Source: a virus (Duplodnaviria; Caudoviricetes). Taken from it: a stretch of 36,857 nucleotides of DNA. This document shows positions 23,780 to 32,157 of this stretch, one piece after another (position 1 is the stretch's first letter; each line of letters starts with the position of its first letter). The position numbers and the translations under genes are program-made. The stretch is taken from positions 1-36,857 of IMG/VR virus record IMGVR_UViG_3300032272_000043; one strand, 5' to 3'. Under the pieces are notes generated by a model. It was not told where the DNA came from, searched no databases, and was given only the letters and a program-made list of their open reading frames with translations.

Positions 23780-24901
23780 ATGTCCAGCGGATTCAATTCA
23801 GACCTAAGGACCCTCACCCTGCCGGCCAGCGGTGACCTTAGCGCAAGTCAGTTTTTGCTCGTGTCGGAAAACACCAGCGGCCAGGCGGTTGTCGCCACCA
23901 CGCGCGGGCAGCGAGTCATCGGGCCCTTGCAGAACGACCCAGCGGCGTCCGGTCGGTCCGGCTCTGTCGGCTACTCCGGGATCAGCCAGGTCGAGTGTGG
24001 CGGGAGCTTCGACCCCAACGACGAGCTGACCACTGACGCAAGCGGGAAGGCCATCAAGGCCACGCTCCCCGAGGACGTTGTCTGGGGGACGGCGGTCGAG
24101 GCTGGCGTGAGCGGCGCTCGCGCATCTGCCATTGTCGGCACTGCCGGCGGCTACCTCTCGGCTCCTGGCTCTCAGATCCTCGAAGACCTGAGCGGCTACG
24201 CTGCCACTGACCTCGTTGCGCAGCGCGCAGTTGCTGGCACGGTCGGCACTGGCACCGCTGGCGACCTGAATGTGATTCAGCTTCTCAGCGGCACCAAGCT
24301 GGGTCTCTGGGTTATCGGGACACAGACCATCGTGACCCCGGCAGGTGTGGCTGGTGGAATCAACATCGGATACGACCAGACGGACAACGACGGGATTGAG
24401 CTTTTCTCGAACCTGTACCCGGCATCCGGCGCACCGTTCGTAGTCGGCACCTCTGGCGCGTTCTACATGAAGGTCGCGGTCAACTTCGCACTCGCGAACG
24501 GCACCGACGATCTGTTTATCGGCTTCCGCAAGGAGGAGAACGCGTACCAGGCGACAACGACCGGTTATGACACCTACTTCGGCCTCGGCAACACCACGGC
24601 AGCAAGCCCGATGGCGCTCAAGGTCCGCGAGGAGTTGAACGGAGCAGCAGGAGCGGCGACGGACACCACCGACACCCAGGCCGATGCCACCGACCTCTGG
24701 GTTGAGGTTCTGGTCTCCGCGGCTGGCGTTGCGACAGTGAAGCACGCAGACACAGAGGCGGCACTGGCCGCACCGACAGTCACGTCGACCTTCACTTTTG
24801 ACACTGGCGACATTTGCGTGCCGACCCTGCGATTCCTGCAAGCAGCCGCCGCGCAAACCGGCGCTGTCAAGCTCATTCACTGGGAAGCCGGCCTCCAGTA
24901 A
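23780..24901 (+). CDS. Capsid cement/decoration protein with C-terminal extension
   Basis: N-terminal DLSASQF..V, IGPLQNDP, G.S.V..G, LTTDASGKA resembles DUF2190-like cement proteins; AGGAG RBS; directly before the capsid gene. Confidence 0.7.
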   Translation: MSSGFNSDLRTLTLPASGDLSASQFLLVSENTSGQAVVATTRGQRVIGPLQNDPAASGRSGSVGYSGISQVECGGSFDPNDELTTDASGKAIKATLPEDVVWGTAVEAGVSGARASAIVGTAGGYLSAPGSQILEDLSGYAATDLVAQRAVAGTVGTGTAGDLNVIQLLSGTKLGLWVIGTQTIVTPAGVAGGINIGYDQTDNDGIELFSNLYPASGAPFVVGTSGAFYMKVAVNFALANGTDDLFIGFRKEENAYQATTTGYDTYFGLGNTTAASPMALKVREELNGAAGAATDTTDTQADATDLWVEVLVSAAGVATVKHADTEAALAAPTVTSTFTFDTGDICVPTLRFLQAAAAQTGAVKLIHWEAGLQ

Positions 24902-24927
24902 GCCGCCCACATTTAGGAGATTAGAAA

Positions 24928-25902
24928 ATGCCTCTTCCCTCAATTAATGACGTCCATGTAGACTCGCTACGGACAGAGATGTCCATCGCCTACATGCAGG
25001 CCGGAAACCGCTTTGTCGCCGACAAGGTGTTCCCGCTGCTGCGCGTAGACAAGCAGTCCGACAAATACGCTGTTTGGTCCAAGGCCGATTTCAACCGGCT
25101 CCAGATGACCCAGATCGCGGACGGCGCCCCTGCTCCCGAGATGAGCTTCGCTGTAGACACCTCCAATACGTTCTATTGCGAGACCTACGGCGGCAAGAAG
25201 TTCCTGACCGACAAGCAGCGCGCCAACTACGACACGCCACTCAAGGCGGACCGCGCCACAGTCAACTTCGTGACCCAGCAAGCGCTGCTCAAGCGCGACG
25301 CGATTGTCGCTGGCCAAATCTGGTCAACCGGCATCTGGGCAACTGACAAGGTCCCGGGCACGCTCTGGAGCGCTGCGAGTTCCGACCCCATCGGCGACTT
25401 GCGGGTAGGCATCCGTACCATCTCGACCGAGTCAGGACAGCAGGCCAACACGCTGGTCCTCGGCGCGGACGTCTGGGACACGCTGGCCGATCACTCTGAT
25501 CTGCTGGACCGTATCAAGCACACCCAAACGGGCGTCGTGACTACGGACCTCCTGGCCAACATCCTTGAGCTTGACACCGTTGTCGTGGCCACGGCCTCGT
25601 ACAACACCGCAAGCGCTGGCGTGACGGCGAGCATGTCTGAACTGTTCAACCCGAAGCACGCACTCCTGACCTACAGTGCTCCGGAGCCGAGCCATGATCT
25701 GCCGAGCGCGGGTTATACCTTCTCGTGGTCTGAGTTCGATGACGTCATCTCCGGGGATTCCATCTCTGGCACTGGCGCCGCCGCAATCAAGACCTGGCGC
25801 GAGAACGACCCTGACGGAGAGTATTTCCGCGCTCTGATGAGCTTTGACCCCAAGGTCACTGCCAGCGACTGCGGGTACTTCTTCAATGGCGCAGTGACCT
25901 GA
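24928..25902 (+). CDS. Major capsid protein
   Basis: DVHVD..T..SIAY.Q..FVADKVFP...VDKQSDKY; SDPIGD; NTLVLG..VW..L..H; PSAGYTFSW; D.GYFF..AV. AGGAG RBS. Confidence 0.9.
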   Translation: MPLPSINDVHVDSLRTEMSIAYMQAGNRFVADKVFPLLRVDKQSDKYAVWSKADFNRLQMTQIADGAPAPEMSFAVDTSNTFYCETYGGKKFLTDKQRANYDTPLKADRATVNFVTQQALLKRDAIVAGQIWSTGIWATDKVPGTLWSAASSDPIGDLRVGIRTISTESGQQANTLVLGADVWDTLADHSDLLDRIKHTQTGVVTTDLLANILELDTVVVATASYNTASAGVTASMSELFNPKHALLTYSAPEPSHDLPSAGYTFSWSEFDDVISGDSISGTGAAAIKTWRENDPDGEYFRALMSFDPKVTASDCGYFFNGAVT

Positions 25903-25929
25903 TAACAACCAAAAGGAAAGCGGGCGCAT

Positions 25930-26313
25930 ATGCCTTTTGAAGCCAGAAAACGCATGATGTGGTCGGACTGCGAGTCTCCATTGGACTCGCAGGGCCGGCA
26001 CATGCACAAAGAGGTTAAAATCGGCGATGAGGTCGTCTCGGTGCCGCCCAAGTGCGTCGAGCGTAAGATCGTCGCAGAGGTGGACAGGATTAGCGGGCGA
26101 CCGTGGGCGGAAATCCCGTCTCATTTTGCGCCCGCTAGTGCGGTGGGGCCCACGGAAGCCCTCCCACCTAAGCCAGCACCAAAGCCAGCCGAGCAACCGG
26201 CGCCGGTCGTTGATAGCCAACCCGTTGACGAGCAACCGGCGCCGGCTAAGCCCGTCGAGAAGCCAGCGCCTAAGCCGCGCAGACCACGAAAAGCACCCAA
26301 GCGCAGGACGTGA
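25930..26313 (+). CDS. Hypothetical protein with a Pro/Lys-rich tail
   Basis: Position after the capsid gene; low-complexity C-terminus. Confidence 0.6.
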   Translation: MPFEARKRMMWSDCESPLDSQGRHMHKEVKIGDEVVSVPPKCVERKIVAEVDRISGRPWAEIPSHFAPASAVGPTEALPPKPAPKPAEQPAPVVDSQPVDEQPAPAKPVEKPAPKPRRPRKAPKRRT

Positions 26314-26319
26314 TAATGC

Positions 26320-26730
26320 ATGACCTGGAGCTACGACAGCACGGACCTCTCTACTGACCTGAACAGGGTTAGACTTCTGATTGGTGACACAAACGACTCC
26401 TCGCCGCTACTCACCAACGAAGAGATCGCATACTACCTAAGCCAGAAGGATAATATCTTTCTGGCCGCTGCCGATGCGGTTGAGTACGGAATCCTCCCAA
26501 AGATTGCCCGGGACATCGACCGCAGCAACCTGGGGATGAGCGCCACCCGATCCCAGAAGTCCCAGCAGTATCGGGACCTCGCCAAGTCGCTGCGGGCTCA
26601 GGCGTACACTAACGCCGAGGTGGTCTCGACCGCGCAAAGCATCTCAGACCGCACGGCCAATGAGGCAGACACCGACCTGCTACAGCCCATCTTCGAGAGG
26701 GACCAGAGCCGCAACCCGGGGAACTTCTGA
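26320..26730 (+). CDS. Head-tail adaptor
   Basis: MTWSYD....DLNRVRLLIGDT....LLTNEEI pattern and gene position. Confidence 0.8.
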   Translation: MTWSYDSTDLSTDLNRVRLLIGDTNDSSPLLTNEEIAYYLSQKDNIFLAAADAVEYGILPKIARDIDRSNLGMSATRSQKSQQYRDLAKSLRAQAYTNAEVVSTAQSISDRTANEADTDLLQPIFERDQSRNPGNF

Positions 26731-27311
26731 TGGCCACCGGGGTCAAGATAGTCGACACAGCGACCCCGCTGCTTGCCGACGTGCAGCTATCGATGCTGGA
26801 CACGGTCAAGCGTGGTGCAATTCGTTCTGCCGAGCTCACCGCTGGCGTGCTCCGTCGCGAAATCATGCAGACCTATCCCGATGGCCGGGGTGGTCTCGCG
26901 CGGTCGTACAAGCCCAGCCTGATCAAGGCGTCGGGCAAGAAGGTGGTCGCGGGCGTGTTCTCCGATCTCGTCTATGCGGGGATTCAGAACCGCGGCGGCG
27001 TGGTCACCCCCCGCAACACCAAGAACCTCGCAATCCCCGTCAACAAATCGATCCCCGTTGGCAAATGGCCGCGCCACTTTGCAAAGGGCGAGCTGTTCCC
27101 GATACGCTCCAAAAAGGGTAACCTGTTGCTAGTTACCAAGAAGGGCAAGAACGGGATCAGCCCGATGTTTGTGCTCAAGAAGTCAATCACCATCCGCGGC
27201 ACCGGGTACCTCGGCAAAGCCAGCAAAAAGGCCCATCCGCTGATTGAGCGCGAGATGGGCCGCGAGGTCAAGCTGACCGTGGTCGAGTCAGGCAAGAAGG
27301 CGGGCAAGTAA
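26730..27311 (+). CDS. Neck / tail-completion protein (HK97 gp10 / virion morphogenesis-like)
   Basis: G.LARS, LVYAGIQNRGGVVTP...K.LAIP, FVLKKSITI; basic. Confidence 0.7.
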   Translation: MATGVKIVDTATPLLADVQLSMLDTVKRGAIRSAELTAGVLRREIMQTYPDGRGGLARSYKPSLIKASGKKVVAGVFSDLVYAGIQNRGGVVTPRNTKNLAIPVNKSIPVGKWPRHFAKGELFPIRSKKGNLLLVTKKGKNGISPMFVLKKSITIRGTGYLGKASKKAHPLIEREMGREVKLTVVESGKKAGK

Positions 27312-27793
27312 TGGCCACCCCGCACCGCAAACTCATTGCCGACCGCATCAACGCGCGGTTCGCCGGTATCAGTGTGGCGAATGGGTACAAAACCGACGTG
27401 TCAACGGTGGCGCGAGAGATCTTCGACTGGGAAACGGCCAACCAAGAGGGTTCGTTTCCATTCATTTGCTTTCGACTTGGCCGGACATCGTACACATACG
27501 AGGCTGGCCGCGGTGTGCGTGGCGTGATGGCCCTTGATGTGGTCATCCACGTTCCGGCAGCAACATCAGTAGAGAAGACGGACCAAATCAGCGACTTCGA
27601 GGACGATGTCTGGGCAGCGCTTGCTGATGACCAGCTCAACAGCGTGGGCGCAACCGTGCTGGCTACGTCCGTCAAGGTGCAGAGCTTTGAAACAGATGAG
27701 GGCGACCCCGACACCATGGACAGCCACGGCGGAAGCGGCACCGGCCACATCGTCGCGGAAATCGTCTACTACAGAACGGCGGATGCAACATGA
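27311..27793 (+). CDS. Tail terminator-like protein
   Basis: Acidic, about 160 aa, I..ANGY.TDV; lies before the tail tube gene. Confidence 0.65.
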   Translation: MATPHRKLIADRINARFAGISVANGYKTDVSTVAREIFDWETANQEGSFPFICFRLGRTSYTYEAGRGVRGVMALDVVIHVPAATSVEKTDQISDFEDDVWAALADDQLNSVGATVLATSVKVQSFETDEGDPDTMDSHGGSGTGHIVAEIVYYRTADAT

Positions 27794-27993
27794 TCACCTA
27801 TACACTAGACACCCCCAGTGGCATCACAATCAACGGTGTCGAACTCGTGAAGGGGGATACAGTCAAAGAGCCTCGCGGCCTCGTGGCGCATCTCCTGACC
27901 CGTGACGGCTGGTCTATCGCAGAACCCAAGACCGCACCCGAACCCGAACCAAAGCCCACCCGCAAGAAGCGCACCGCAAAGGATGACAGATAA
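27790..27993 (+). CDS. Small hypothetical protein
   Basis: Coupled at both ends. Confidence 0.6.
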   Translation: MITYTLDTPSGITINGVELVKGDTVKEPRGLVAHLLTRDGWSIAEPKTAPEPEPKPTRKKRTAKDDR

Positions 27994-29156
27994 TGGGACT
28001 CGTACAAGCACACGCCCTCGGGCGGAATCGCCGTTTCTTCGTTGAGACCGAAAGCACCGCCGGGACCTTTGTTAAGGCCACGTCCGCCGGTGCGGCAAAG
28101 CTCAAAGTTACCTCGATGGACAAGCAGATCGAGCGCAAGGACCGCGAGGACTCCCGACCGACCCGCAGCCTACTGGAGCGCATCACGGGCAAAGGGACCA
28201 TTTCATGGTCTGCCGAGGGATACCTTATCCCGTCCGGCACCGCTGGCACCCCGCCCGATATCCATGAGCTGCTGTATGGCATCCTTGGGACCTACGCCAA
28301 CGTCCCCGCGACATCAGACACCTACAGTCCATCCGAAACCCAGGTTATCCGGACAGTGAGCCTCACGCATCATTACAACGATGTAGCGATGGAGTCCGCG
28401 GCCGGTTGCTGGGTCAACGCGGCGACCATCACGAGCAGCGGCGGAGACGAGCCGACGATCGCTTTCGAGGGCGGCGCGATGTCGATGGCGTTCACAGGGA
28501 ACACCACGCTCGACGCAGCCACCCCGGGCGGTGGTGCAACTTTCCAGGTGCAGCCCGGCGGGACTCGCTCGATATCGGTCAACTCGGTTGTCCAGGTCGG
28601 CACCGATGACAACTCGAGCGCCGGTTTCCAGGTCGACGCCGTCAACCATACCACCTACATCCACACGGCCACGGGCGACACGATTACGGCACAGGCTGAC
28701 GATTCGGACGTTCTGCCGTTCAGCCCCGCCGAGACAACCGCCGGCAGCCCGATTAACGGTATCACCGGATCGCTGACTCTGGATGGGACCGAGTATCCCA
28801 TCACTGCGTTTGATGTCACCATCAGCAACAATATCAAGCCACTTGACGACGAAGCGTACCAGCAGTTCCCCGATGACATCATCCCGGGATTTCGGCAGGT
28901 CACAGGGACGATCGGCATCCGTGCCCGCAAAGACCTCGTTATCGAGCTAGGCAAGCGCGAGGCGTTCGGGACTCGCGCAATCGTCGTAGTGCTCGGCTCT
29001 GGCGCCGGGACAACATGCACAATCAGCCTCGACCAAGTAGAAATCGGCTTCGCCGCTGCGGAATTCCCCGAAGTGGACGAAGGCACAATCTCGCTGCCGT
29101 ACACGGCCCTAGGAACGGGCGCGGGTAACAACGAGATTGACATCGCATTCACCTAA
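27993..29156 (+). CDS. Major tail (tube) protein
   Basis: FVETESTAGT, PPDIHELL, AGCWVN, FDVTISNN, RQVTGTI. Acidic and Thr/Gly-rich; upstream of the chaperone and tape measure genes. Confidence 0.8.
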   Translation: MGLVQAHALGRNRRFFVETESTAGTFVKATSAGAAKLKVTSMDKQIERKDREDSRPTRSLLERITGKGTISWSAEGYLIPSGTAGTPPDIHELLYGILGTYANVPATSDTYSPSETQVIRTVSLTHHYNDVAMESAAGCWVNAATITSSGGDEPTIAFEGGAMSMAFTGNTTLDAATPGGGATFQVQPGGTRSISVNSVVQVGTDDNSSAGFQVDAVNHTTYIHTATGDTITAQADDSDVLPFSPAETTAGSPINGITGSLTLDGTEYPITAFDVTISNNIKPLDDEAYQQFPDDIIPGFRQVTGTIGIRARKDLVIELGKREAFGTRAIVVVLGSGAGTTCTISLDQVEIGFAAAEFPEVDEGTISLPYTALGTGAGNNEIDIAFT

Positions 29157-29176
29157 GCAAGAAAGAAGCGGGCGTT

Positions 29177-29770
29177 ATGTTAATTACGAACTTTGAAGCT
29201 GAAGCCGTTTGGTATGAGCCGGACTACCTCGATAATCGGGACATGGATGTGGAGGACCGCATGAGCGTCCTTCTCTCCCCGATGACCCGAAACGAGGTCA
29301 AGCGTGCGGATGAGAGCATCAGCAGCATCCGGGCAGGCAAAAAGGCGAAGATCAACTTTACCAAGCGTCACAACGAGATGCGCGACAAGGTGCTCCTGTC
29401 TCGGGTGCGTGAGATTGTCGGGCTCGACGTTGCGGTGCGTGACTCGTCAGGTGAGGTCACCGGCACGAGCGCCGTTGATACCCCCGAGATGTTGCTTAAG
29501 GTCGCTGACGATGACCTGCTGAACGACATCTTCGAGGCGGCCCGAGACGGGTCCAAGCTGGCAGAGGGAGTGCGGGGAAAGTCCGAATCGGCGTCAGACT
29601 CCAGCTCACACCAGGAAGCACCGTCTGGAACTGGGGATGCTCTCGATGCCGAGGCGAAGAATACGAAGAGCAAGACAAATGGCGCGGGGTCCGTGGATGT
29701 TCAAAGGAGCAACCAAGTCTCAACGTCGACTTCGAGCCTGGTCTACAACGATGCCCCTGGAGTCAGCTAG
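29177..29770 (+). CDS. Tail assembly chaperone (gpG-like)
   Basis: Between tail tube and tape measure; contains in-frame G GGA AAG. Confidence 0.8.
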   Translation: MLITNFEAEAVWYEPDYLDNRDMDVEDRMSVLLSPMTRNEVKRADESISSIRAGKKAKINFTKRHNEMRDKVLLSRVREIVGLDVAVRDSSGEVTGTSAVDTPEMLLKVADDDLLNDIFEAARDGSKLAEGVRGKSESASDSSSHQEAPSGTGDALDAEAKNTKSKTNGAGSVDVQRSNQVSTSTSSLVYNDAPGVS

Positions 29771-29964
29771 ATGCTGAGATCTGGACAATCCTCGGATGGT
29801 GGCGCGAGTGGCGGGTGTTCAAATCGCTCCCCTATGATGGGGGGTTCGGAGACCAGCCCTACTATGTAGCCGAGGCAATCGAAATCTGCGAACAAGAGGC
29901 GTTGAGGTACGAGAACGAGATGGCCAAGCAGGAACAAAAGAAAGTGACGCCGCCCAATGGCTGA
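29575..29964 (+). CDS. -1 frameshift extension of the tail assembly chaperone (gpGT-like); absent from the ORF track
   Basis: Slippery heptamer G GGA AAG at 29575..29581. The -1 frame is open to TGA 29962..29964 (KVRIGVRLQLTPGSTVWNWGCSRC...LPYDGGFGDQP...). Confidence 0.85.
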   Translation, partial: GKVRIGVRLQLTPGSTVWNWGCSRCRGEEYEEQDKWRGVRGCSKEQPSLNVDFEPGLQRCPWSQLDAEIWTILGWWREWRVFKSLPYDGGFGDQPYYVAEAIEICEQEALRYENEMAKQEQKKVTPPNG

Positions 29965-31273
29965 CGCTGCTGCCAGAGTCGGTATCACTATCGACGCGAC
30001 GGACAAGACCTCGCCCGCTTTCAACTCTGCGAGCAAGGGCGCGGGTCGGCTCACGTCTCGGTTTAAGTCTATGGCCCCACACCTAAAGGCCCTGCCGGAG
30101 TCGGCGGGCAAGGCGTCAGCGGCCCTGCTTCTCTTGCAGGGGTCTACCGGCCAGATGAGCGCGGGCGTTGCAGACGCTGTTAACAAGATCGGCGCGCTGG
30201 TGGCCATGATGGCTGTCGGCGGCCCGCTGGGTATCGGTATTGCCGCAATCACCCTGGGGTTGCTTGGTGTGCAGAAGATTTTAGAGGCCGTCAGGCCGCC
30301 ACTGAAAGACGACGTAGACGAGTTTGCAGAAATGAACTCACATTTCCGTGCGGGCGTCACCCATATCAAGCCTCTTATAACCGGCTTCAATGAGCTACGC
30401 AGGGCCATGGACCAGGTGACAGAGGCAAACCGGTCGTGGCGGCAGGCATCGGATGACGCACTAGACGCGGCCACTAGCGCGTCCAGGCTGTTGCGCGAAA
30501 ACGAAGAGAAGCTGGCCGCCAAAAGAGAGGCCCGATTTGCAAGGAGAGAGGCCCGCAGGAAAGAGGAGGAGACGGCCAGGGACGCGGCAGCGAAAGCCGA
30601 AGCAGAGAGACTGACCCGAGTCGCCGCCGTTGCAGACGACCTTATAGCCAAGCGAGAGTCAACCAGGCAAATCCTTCTCGCGCGCCAAGAGGCGGACGCA
30701 AAGTTCCTGGACGCTAAACTGACAGAGTCCGAGGGCAAGCGCAGGACCGCGGCGGTGCAGACGGCCAACGTCGTAGCCAACGCATCGGCCAACCTGGCCG
30801 CCGCCGTAATAGCTAACGACAAGGACGCCAAGCGCGCGGCCATCTCGGCCGCTATCGATGTAGCACAGGCCAAGATTGTAGCCGCCGCCGCCTCGGGAGC
30901 CGCTAACGCATTCGAGGGCGCGCAAAAACTACCGTTCCCCGCTAACGTCATCGTGGGCCCGGCCGTTGCCGCTGTTGTCCTGGCTGCAATTCTCGCTTTC
31001 CGATCCAAGATCAACCTCGCCCAAGGCGGGCTCGTACAGGGTGGCACCCCCGGTAGAGACTCAATCCCGGCCCTACTCCGTCCCGGCGAGCGCGTCCTAA
31101 CCCCCGAGCAACAGCGCGATGGCGCTGGCGGTGGAGGCGGCGGCGACACCTACAACTTTAGTATGCCAACCCTGATGCCGAGCGTCACCGAGGGCCGCAG
31201 AATGGCCAAGGAAGTGGTCAAGCAAATCCGCAGCGCTAAGCGCCTTGGCGTCACAGGATTCGCGGGGGCGTAA
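29957..31273 (+). CDS. Tape measure protein (short, 438 aa)
   Basis: ITIDATDKTSPAF, Ala-rich helices, LPFPAN, AQGGLV.GG..GRDSIPALLRPGERVLT. Confidence 0.85.
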   Translation: MADAAARVGITIDATDKTSPAFNSASKGAGRLTSRFKSMAPHLKALPESAGKASAALLLLQGSTGQMSAGVADAVNKIGALVAMMAVGGPLGIGIAAITLGLLGVQKILEAVRPPLKDDVDEFAEMNSHFRAGVTHIKPLITGFNELRRAMDQVTEANRSWRQASDDALDAATSASRLLRENEEKLAAKREARFARREARRKEEETARDAAAKAEAERLTRVAAVADDLIAKRESTRQILLARQEADAKFLDAKLTESEGKRRTAAVQTANVVANASANLAAAVIANDKDAKRAAISAAIDVAQAKIVAAAASGAANAFEGAQKLPFPANVIVGPAVAAVVLAAILAFRSKINLAQGGLVQGGTPGRDSIPALLRPGERVLTPEQQRDGAGGGGGGDTYNFSMPTLMPSVTEGRRMAKEVVKQIRSAKRLGVTGFAGA

Positions 31274-32157
31274 TGGCCTGGAGCGGAGCAGACATAAGCG
31301 CGGCCGATCTGGCCTTTGCTGCTGCTGATAAGCCCATACTCGCTGGCATCAACGCCTTGCGCGCTCCACAGGCGGCAAGTTGGGGCACTGGGCCGAGCAC
31401 GGCGGACAGAGTAGACGCGGACTACCCTGCTTCGAGGCTCTACGACGGGCGGACCCATCTTCGCACACGACCATCAGCAGCCGCGGCCAGCCACTGGTTA
31501 TCGGTGCAGTTGAGCGCGACGGTCGCCGACTTCGACGGCGTTCTGATTGTCAACCACAACTTGAGCGGCAAGCAGATTGACGTCAGGATAGCAAATAACT
31601 CGACATGGTCCTCCGGTAACGAGACCATAGCGACCACTACGCCCAGTGATAATTCCAGGGTGGCGTTCCTCGATCTACAGGATGCGGGCGCCTCTGTTGC
31701 GCAGCGATTCTCTGGTGTGCCGTACTTCTTCCTTTTCCTGTTCGGCACCTCGTGGACACCAGAGATTGGCGAAATCTGGCTTATCCGCCGCCGGCAAATG
31801 GAGCACTTCCCACGGCTGCCGTTCGACCCCAATATGTACGCCGCGGACTACGTTGCCCGGCAGACCAAAAGCGGGGCAATTTCCACCTACGTCAATCACG
31901 AAGGGCGGCAAGATCTATCCGCCTCGTTCTCTGCTGACTCGACATCGGAGAAGGACGAGTTCAACTCATTCATTATTGACAGCGGTTACGGGTCCAAGCC
32001 GTTTGTCTGGATCGAGAAGCCCGCCAGCGAGCCGGAGAAGTTCCGCATAATCCAGAAGATGCCAGGCGCATTTCCCTACCCGCTGGTGGGTCCGTTCGAG
32101 CGCCAAATCACAATCCAAGGTCAAGAAGTCGGGCCGCAGTTCCAGGGCAATGAATAA
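31273..32157 (+). CDS. Distal tail / tail-tip protein
   Basis: Directly after the tape measure gene; beta-rich; NHNL and EIGEIWL motifs. Confidence 0.6.
   Translation: MAWSGADISAADLAFAAADKPILAGINALRAPQAASWGTGPSTADRVDADYPASRLYDGRTHLRTRPSAAAASHWLSVQLSATVADFDGVLIVNHNLSGKQIDVRIANNSTWSSGNETIATTTPSDNSRVAFLDLQDAGASVAQRFSGVPYFFLFLFGTSWTPEIGEIWLIRRRQMEHFPRLPFDPNMYAADYVARQTKSGAISTYVNHEGRQDLSASFSADSTSEKDEFNSFIIDSGYGSKPFVWIEKPASEPEKFRIIQKMPGAFPYPLVGPFERQITIQGQEVGPQFQGNE

Noticed and set aside
29767-31149. Long antisense ORFs (also 23804..24943, 16053..16967, 21344..22300, 25432..26235)
   Set aside because: Shadow frames opposite well-supported genes in GC-rich DNA; no motifs or RBS.
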